Shown here: one piece after another, positions 6,497 through 11,296 of the stretch
Layout: every line of letters begins with the position of its first letter
Position numbering within the stretch: position 1 is the first letter of the stretch
Virus record (IMG/VR): IMGVR_UViG_3300018914_000064
Location: 1-11,296 of that record
From: a virus
Taxonomy: Duplodnaviria > Heunggongvirae > Uroviricota > Caudoviricetes
DNA: 11,296 nt
Reading direction: 5' to 3' (one strand)
Notes under the pieces: model-generated
Told to the model about the DNA's origin: nothing
The model's database searches: none
What the model saw: the letters and a program-made list of their open reading frames with translations, nothing else
Translations under genes and position numbers: made by a program

Positions 6497-6682
6497 ATGT
6501 ATACGGACAAGCAGAAAGAATGGTTGTACGCAATGGAGATTATGAAGCAACATATTAATAATGCTGTAGATGAAAAAACAAAGTTATTTAACGAAAGAAG
6601 ATTGAAAAAATTACAGGATGAATATAAAAGTATGTATGGAACCACTGAATTAAATGAGGGTTTGGTTGAGAAAGGAGGATAA
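6497..6682 (+). CDS. Hypothetical coiled-coil protein, 61 aa
   Basis: AAGGGAGG SD. Confidence 0.8.
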   Translation: MYTDKQKEWLYAMEIMKQHINNAVDEKTKLFNERRLKKLQDEYKSMYGTTELNEGLVEKGG

Positions 6683-6685
6683 TAA

Positions 6686-6904
6686 ATGCTCAGTTACCTG
6701 TGTGAAGAAGATTTAGTGACAATAGAAGAGGGATATGCTCAGTTTAGAGATAAGGGTATTGTATCCATGCGCTCAGCAGAGAAGGCAAGTTTATTATGTC
6801 GATATCTAAACTGGTTAGGCATATCTTTTGACATCGAAGAAGTACATTGCTTGTTCACTATTACAAAGAAAAACTGTACAAAATGTGAGTTTGATTTGGT
6901 TTGA
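6686..6904 (+). CDS. Hypothetical protein, 72 aa
   Basis: AAAGGAGG SD within the end of the previous gene. Confidence 0.8.
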   Translation: MLSYLCEEDLVTIEEGYAQFRDKGIVSMRSAEKASLLCRYLNWLGISFDIEEVHCLFTITKKNCTKCEFDLV

Positions 6905-6934
6905 ACTGGGGTGGTGCGGTGTTAACCTTTGCCG

Positions 6935-6940
6935 TATAAT
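6935..6940 (+). promoter_or_regulatory. Possible -10 element TATAAT upstream of 6958
   Basis: Perfect TATAAT in the intergenic gap; no consensus -35 at a 17-nt spacing. Confidence 0.3.
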
Positions 6941-6957
6941 CAACATGAGGTGATTCC

Positions 6958-7533
6958 ATGTCATTGACCGTCAAGATCAGCATCAGTGATGAAAAAGGCA
7001 AAGAGGCAGAACTGGAGTTACGAGAAACAGACAATCTAAGTAAGTTAGTTATCATACAGAACGTGTTTAATCTGTTTGGCATTGATACTGACGTATTTGA
7101 AATGACAAAAACCTATGAGCAGATCGGCAAAGCGTATAGCAGCTTTTTCGACAGTTTAAGTCCAGTGGAAAGCGCATCTAAAGAAAGTGTAGTACATAAG
7201 AGTGAAGAGATTAAAAAGAACTTAATTGAGGGATTACAACAGACAGAGGAATTAAAAGAAATATATCGAGCAACTAATGACCAGCCCGAGTGGGTTCAAA
7301 CAGGCATCAAAATAGATGAGGATGGTACCAAGCGATACAGATGCAGATATCAGTGTACAGTGTGCTATCATAAGGGATCTCATTATATTTATGAGCACTC
7401 AAAAGAAACATGGTGTCATTCTTGTGGCACAAAGATGAAAGTGTATCCTGCACATCCAGATGGATTCCCGAATAAGGATACGCACTCCAACTTCTTCAGA
7501 GCTGGCGAATATAGAGATTGGCGGTTGTATTAA
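6958..7533 (+). CDS. Hypothetical protein, 191 aa, with C-terminal zinc ribbon (CTVC...CHSC)
   Basis: GAGGTGA SD; TGIKIDEDGTKRYRCRYQCTVC...WCHSCGTKM. Confidence 0.85.
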   Translation: MSLTVKISISDEKGKEAELELRETDNLSKLVIIQNVFNLFGIDTDVFEMTKTYEQIGKAYSSFFDSLSPVESASKESVVHKSEEIKKNLIEGLQQTEELKEIYRATNDQPEWVQTGIKIDEDGTKRYRCRYQCTVCYHKGSHYIYEHSKETWCHSCGTKMKVYPAHPDGFPNKDTHSNFFRAGEYRDWRLY

Positions 7534-7560
7534 TTTGGAACCATGTTGGGGGATGAGAAC

Positions 7561-8034
7561 GTGGATAGAATTCAAGCTTTCAAACAACAAATTGAACAAT
7601 TGCAATCATCAGAGTGGAGAATTGTGTTTGATGCCGAATCGTGGGAAGCAAAAGTGATTAATGAGGAAGGCACAGAATTAGATCTGAAAACACTCGGATT
7701 CATTTTCTCCGAATTGGAAGTTTATTTAAATCGGAGAGTAGAAAAAGAAATTAGGGAACAACGAAAAATTCCCTTAGATGAATTCACGCAAAAACGGCTA
7801 GGAATTATGGACTATGTTTTGTTAAAAGATGAAGTCAGAGGCAATGTGCGTGAAATATTTGAAGCATATCATGATAAAAACGGAATTTATACGCTAGATA
7901 ATTATACTGTGTCGTTGGAGAACAACTTGAAATATTACGATTCAGGTTTCGCTGCATATTTGAATTCATATGATGTCGAAAAGATTTTCAGTTCTCTTCA
8001 AAATTTTGTTAAATTGCATTCGAAGGATAATTGA
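7561..8034 (+). CDS. Hypothetical protein, about 157 aa
   Basis: GGGGGA SD 7 nt before GTG 7561 (track start 7543). Confidence 0.8.
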   Translation: MDRIQAFKQQIEQLQSSEWRIVFDAESWEAKVINEEGTELDLKTLGFIFSELEVYLNRRVEKEIREQRKIPLDEFTQKRLGIMDYVLLKDEVRGNVREIFEAYHDKNGIYTLDNYTVSLENNLKYYDSGFAAYLNSYDVEKIFSSLQNFVKLHSKDN

Positions 8035-8062
8035 AGTCGAACTAGTCTCATTGGAGGGCTAA

Positions 8063-8595
8063 ATGAGCATTGGATCTCAATTTGTAAGTGAAATGGATAG
8101 CTATATCAGAGAGAATATAAATTTACTCACTTGCTCTGACACAGCAGATATCTACTTCGACTTACTAAAGTCGTTAATGAGACTAGGTGGGAATCCTGAT
8201 AATGTAACTGGTCTTACAGAATTTATTATTTTTAGAATGCTTTATTGGTTGAATGAAGAGAAAATTACTGCTGGAGAAATTAGGTTAGAAAGTAAAGGTA
8301 AAATAGGATTCAGAAGTCCTGATATAATCATTTATAATTCGTGTGACCCAGTTTATTCGATTCAAATAAAATCTAACTACTACAAAGTAAAAGAAGACTA
8401 TGATCGTCACATGGAAGTTATAGAAGTCAAACCAACTATTAATATTGCCACAATTGCTTTTGAGGTTAGAGATCCAAACCATGTAAAGCACATCGAGAAG
8501 CTTAGGATTTAAACAGAAAGTATCAATGTCTCATCCTGAAGGAAGACCAACGTTTGATTAGGAAGGCTTTCGAAGTGCTAGGATTGATATTTTGA
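8063..8595 (+). pseudogene. PD-(D/E)XK (restriction endonuclease-like) nuclease, apparently frameshifted at about 8506. Annotated ORF 8063-8512, 149 aa; restored length 177 aa
   Basis: GGAGG SD; motif GLTEF...SPDIIIY....VYSIQIKS. The -1 frame opens at 8506 immediately after a TAG and gives DLNRKYQCLILKEDQRLIRKAFEVLGLIF* ending at 8595, filling the gap to the next RBS. It could instead be an intact 149-aa CDS or a sequencing error. Confidence 0.55.
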
Positions 8596-8626
8596 TAAAT
8601 TACTCTTTTTATCAGGAGTGATTAAC

Positions 8627-8884
8627 GTGACAAGTATATATGATGCCCTTGGCGCATACCTTCGCAATTGTACTGAGGACAGAGTGACTTTAACCTTTGA
8701 CGAAATAGAGAGTATCGTGGGCAATTTGGCTCCTTCTGCGAGAGAAAATCGCACTTGGTGGGGGAATACAGTTAACCGAACTCGAACTCAAGCTCAGGCA
8801 TGGATGGCTGCTGGTTGGGTCGTTGCTAAGCACGGGGTCAATCTCACAAGAGGCGAAGTGACTTTTGAAAGAAAGAACAAATGA
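8627..8884 (+). CDS. Small conserved Trp-rich domain protein (DUF7662-like, from recall), about 85 aa
   Basis: Signature YDALGAYL......VTLTFDEIESIVG.L.PSA....TWWGN.......AQAWMAAGW.V........VTF.R. AGGAG SD before GTG 8627 (track start 8618). Confidence 0.8.
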   Translation: MTSIYDALGAYLRNCTEDRVTLTFDEIESIVGNLAPSARENRTWWGNTVNRTRTQAQAWMAAGWVVAKHGVNLTRGEVTFERKNK

Positions 8885-8966
8885 AAGACTGGTTTTATCG
8901 TATTGTGTAATTTTTGCATTTTGGTCAATAATGTGTTTATATACTTTTTGGGAGCATGAAGGATGA
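8865..8966 (+). CDS. Possible 33-aa single-TM micropeptide MKERTNERLVLSYCVIFAFWSIMCLYTFWEHEG
   Basis: TTG 8865 to TGA 8964-8966, overlapping the next start as ATGA; weak SD. Confidence 0.25.
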   Translation: MKERTNERLVLSYCVIFAFWSIMCLYTFWEHEG

Positions 8967-9466
8967 AAACAAGAGAGATTATATTTTGGGTATTTGCTTT
9001 TGCAGTTGGCCTGATTAGCCTAAAGTTAACATCACATATGGAGTTGTGGTTAAAAATGTGTATTCGAGTGCCAGAAGTTTATGTAATGGCACTTATTTAT
9101 AAGAAGTTTGTTCGAAAAGATAATATGACCACGAAATTAAATAAATGGAGATTCAAAGGATGGTTGCATTATCCTTTGTTAGTTACCGGCTCATTTGAGT
9201 TTATCTACATGATTTATAAAACAAGAACAGAACATATTCCTCATTTTGAATTTGAAGATATGATAGAAATAATATTAAGTACACCAATACATCTTCTTTT
9301 ATTGGCATTATTGGCGACATTACCCTTCTACTATGCATTTACTCAATTTATTTTTTATATAAGAATTTTTACAGTTTGGGTGTATAACAACAAAAGAAAG
9401 TGGTTTGAAACTGCATTGGTCATTGAAGACATCATTGTTGTTGGGATTGTGTCGTTGTTAGCTTAG
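8963..9466 (+). CDS. Hypothetical polytopic membrane protein, 167 aa (about 4-5 hydrophobic segments)
   Basis: GGGAG SD; hydrophobic stretches IIFWVFAFAVGLISL, LLVTGSFEFIYMIY, IHLLLLALLATLPFYYAF, LVIEDIIVVGIVSLLA. Confidence 0.8.
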   Translation: MKTREIIFWVFAFAVGLISLKLTSHMELWLKMCIRVPEVYVMALIYKKFVRKDNMTTKLNKWRFKGWLHYPLLVTGSFEFIYMIYKTRTEHIPHFEFEDMIEIILSTPIHLLLLALLATLPFYYAFTQFIFYIRIFTVWVYNNKRKWFETALVIEDIIVVGIVSLLA

Positions 9467-9470
9467 TAAA

Positions 9471-9499
9471 TTTTAATTAAAGATTAGTTTTAATTAAAG
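9471..9499. repeat. Direct repeat TTTTAATTAAAG x2 (17-nt period), each containing the palindrome TTTAATTAAA
   Basis: Copies at 9471-9482 and 9488-9499; the second runs into the SD of the HNH gene. Confidence 0.7.
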
Positions 9500-9510
9500 G
9501 GTGGGCTTCT

Positions 9511-10032
9511 ATGCAGCGTGTAGACATGCCAACAGTTGAGGAAATTGAGAAAGCAATCGTTGCTGGCAGTAGCATGAGTTTATATAGGACTTGTAAATTT
9601 TGTGGTGAAGTTAAGCATTATACTCAATTTAAAAGGGCAGGTAACAATAAAAACCATCATTCCAAATACGGTTTTCAACCGATTACTGTGCGGAGGCCGT
9701 ATTGTCGAGACTGTAGAAAAAATAGAGATCTATCAAAGGCAAAGGATCTGAAGATTTCATCCAATAATTTGATTTTGGACTACTCTGTTCTTGCAAAAAT
9801 TTTGTTAAATGACGAGAATTTATCAGACAGAGATATCTTGAATTTGTTTGGTACGAAAGTATTTAATGAATGTGTAAAAGTACGTGACAGATACACCTGT
9901 AATTATTGTGGGAACTATGGTAATACAGTTGACCATGTTATTCCATTGTCCAAAGGTGGAGAAACTAGTTTTACAAATTGCGTGTGTGCTTGTAACGAAT
10001 GTCAGCAAAGGAAAGATAATGGAATGAGATAA
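9511..10032 (+). CDS. HNH endonuclease-family protein with N-terminal CxxC...CxxC Zn finger, 173 aa
   Basis: RDRYTCNYCG....TVDHVIPLSKGG.....NCVCACNECQQRK; N-terminal RTCKFCGEVK...YCRDC. Confidence 0.9.
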   Translation: MQRVDMPTVEEIEKAIVAGSSMSLYRTCKFCGEVKHYTQFKRAGNNKNHHSKYGFQPITVRRPYCRDCRKNRDLSKAKDLKISSNNLILDYSVLAKILLNDENLSDRDILNLFGTKVFNECVKVRDRYTCNYCGNYGNTVDHVIPLSKGGETSFTNCVCACNECQQRKDNGMR

Positions 10033-10137
10033 TTGGAATCAATAGCGCTATATTCACTACAAGGAAAGCCGCAAAGACTGAAGAGAAGAAGAGTTAAATA
10101 AAATCGAAATTTAGTCGAAAAAATAAATAAAAAATAC

Positions 10138-10166
10138 TTGTAAATGTATAAAGCATGTTATATGAT
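10138..10166 (+). promoter_or_regulatory. Sigma-A promoter for the HTH-TPR regulator
   Basis: TTGTAA 10138-10143, 17-nt spacer, TATGAT 10161-10166. A-rich upstream region (UP-like). SD AAGGGGG about 8 nt before ATG 10206. Confidence 0.8.
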
Positions 10167-10205
10167 AGTCACATGAGGAAAAACTTGCTAAAGGGGGTTG
10201 TGAAA

Positions 10206-11296
10206 ATGTTAATCCAAAAAAGTGATAAGCTAACCTTGGATATTACACAATGCAATCTTCGCAGCAGGATTCTTTTCTACATGGAGCAGAAAGGATGGAA
10301 GCAGAAAGATCTCGAAGAGGCAACTGGAGTACATAAGAGCACTTTAAGTAAGTTACTAAAGGGTGAGCGTCAGATCAATCTTGAACAGATTGACGCAATA
10401 ACAGATGCACTTGGCCTTTCTAAAGGCGAGTTGTACCACGATTTTGTAAGTGAGTGCGTGGACGAAAACGGCAAGTTTAAAGTCGCGAAATCAGAAGAAT
10501 TTATCATCTCATGCTACCAAGCAAATTTACCCCAATTAGCGAAAGCAATAACAGATGAACTGCTTAACCAAGATATTAAAAATAACAAGGATATTGTTTT
10601 AAGAATCTCGGACAAGCTTTACGAAAATAAAATGTATGATTACGCTTTGTCACTGTATGACGAGATTATCAAAGAAGAACAAAAGAAAAGTTCAAAGCTT
10701 GCAGTGTGCTATTTTAGAAAGTTTATGATTCTGCGGGATCAGGATTTGCAGGGGAAGGGTAGAGAAGCATTATTCAGGCTACTGGATTACTTGCCAATTC
10801 TTCCAGATGAGTACACACAAGTAAATGGACAAAAATATAATGTGAAACTTGATGCGTATTACAGAGTATTGACTTTCTTTAATGTAATGGAAGAATGGGA
10901 TAACTTATTAAGTTATGCTCAGGAACTTGAAGTAATAGCAAAATCATTAAATGACCAAAAATATCTAGGAGAAGCACTACTTTACCAAGGGTTTGCCTAT
11001 AAAGGCAAAGGGGATTTTATTTCAGTATTTAACGTAATCAATCGCTACTCAATGATTAATGACTACTATAAGCACTTGTCTGTTGGTAGTCGATTGTTTA
11101 CTAAAATTGAGATGGGCGATATTGAAAGCATTCCACTTTATCTAAAATGGTGTTCAGATGATAAGGACATTTGTACGCTGATCCCGATTGCGGTCGAAGC
11201 ATATTACAAAAACGGATTGCTCTCAGAGGGTGTTAATTTTATCAGACACTACATCCCCTACATTGAACAGTTGAGCAAAAAGACTTTCATTCCAGA
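10206..11296 (+). CDS. XRE-HTH plus TPR-like transcriptional regulator (RRNPP-like peptide receptor candidate), 3'-truncated by the window edge (363 codons seen)
   Basis: Open from ATG 10206 to the end with no stop. MLIQKSDKLTLDITQCNLRSRILFYMEQKGWKQKDLEEATGVHKSTLSKLLKGERQINLEQIDAITDALGLSKGELYHDFVSEC is an XRE HTH. It is followed by helical TPR-like segments (KMYDYALSLYDEII, LAVCYFRKF, WDNLLSYAQEL, YLGEALLYQGFAYKGKG). Absent from the supplied ORF track. Confidence 0.9.
   Translation, partial: MLIQKSDKLTLDITQCNLRSRILFYMEQKGWKQKDLEEATGVHKSTLSKLLKGERQINLEQIDAITDALGLSKGELYHDFVSECVDENGKFKVAKSEEFIISCYQANLPQLAKAITDELLNQDIKNNKDIVLRISDKLYENKMYDYALSLYDEIIKEEQKKSSKLAVCYFRKFMILRDQDLQGKGREALFRLLDYLPILPDEYTQVNGQKYNVKLDAYYRVLTFFNVMEEWDNLLSYAQELEVIAKSLNDQKYLGEALLYQGFAYKGKGDFISVFNVINRYSMINDYYKHLSVGSRLFTKIEMGDIESIPLYLKWCSDDKDICTLIPIAVEAYYKNGLLSEGVNFIRHYIPYIEQLSKKTFIP

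Larger units (their letters stand above)
1..11296 (+). mobile_element. Prophage/temperate phage early-accessory region (Bacillales; SPbeta-like organisation inferred)
   Basis: Dense co-oriented array of short hypothetical ORFs with strong SD sites, AT-rich sequence, free-standing nucleases, phage-type HD protein and Zn microproteins, HTH-TPR regulator. No hallmark capsid or integrase gene in the window, so the element class is inferred. Confidence 0.8.

Noticed and set aside
7460-7657. Plus-strand 65-aa ORF in the track
   Set aside because: It overlaps two better-supported genes in another frame and has no SD.
8508-8514. TTTAAAC slippery heptamer at the nuclease frameshift (programmed -1 shift?)
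   Set aside because: The heptamer is not in the X XXY YYZ register of the translated frame, and the stop codon falls inside it. A simple indel explains the data better.
8881-8910. 9-codon ORF MKDWFYRIV coupled by ATGA overlap
   Set aside because: Too short, with no SD and no supporting features.
365-10008. All minus-strand ORFs in the track (e.g. 365-601, 659-982, 1210-1401, 3931-4275, 4133-4477, 8285-8491, 9823-10008)
   Set aside because: They are antisense shadows of well-supported plus-strand genes, with no SD and low-complexity F/I/L/S/N-rich translations.
10033-10101. In-frame read-through or TTG micro-ORF after the HNH stop (LESIALYSLQGKPQRLKRRRVK)
   Set aside because: The HNH domain is already complete before the stop and there is no SD; this is probably intergenic sequence.
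10102-10175. Spo0A-box-like AATCGAA/AGTCGAA and the CATGT...ACATG inverted repeat near the regulator promoter
   Set aside because: The 0A-like sites have 1-2 mismatches and the inverted repeat has 5-bp arms; these cannot be distinguished from chance without conservation data.
1-11296. CRISPR arrays, tRNA/rRNA genes, IS elements, LexA (GAAC-N4-GTTC) boxes, att sites
   Set aside because: None were recognisable on reading the sequence; no regularly spaced repeats or transposase motifs were seen.

Overview
This is an AT-rich, entirely plus-strand string of about 35 short genes, most with clear Firmicutes-type Shine-Dalgarno sites. It looks like the early/accessory region of a large temperate phage or prophage of a Bacillales host. 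A Paenibacillaceae-like host and an SPbeta-like layout are inferences: no structural, integrase or replication genes are in view. Recognisable products are a MazF/PemK endoribonuclease (1-405), a free-standing PD-(D/E)XK endonuclease (1468-1905), a stand-alone HD-domain small-alarmone-hydrolase-like protein (6038-6460), a zinc-ribbon protein, a second PD-(D/E)XK nuclease apparently broken by a 1-nt frameshift (8063-8595) and followed by a small conserved Trp-rich domain protein, a polytopic membrane protein and an HNH protein. A further gene, missing from the supplied ORF track, runs off the right edge: an XRE-HTH plus TPR-like regulator resembling RRNPP peptide receptors (10206->end), with its own sigma-A promoter. 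Several strongly SD-preceded micro-ORFs below the 60-aa cut-off were also found, as well as a pair of diverged paralogous microproteins. The most interesting hypothesis is an arbitrium-like, peptide-controlled decision system in an element that also carries its own MazF and alarmone hydrolase, flanked by a candidate nuclease-based defence cassette. All family calls come from motif recognition without database searches.
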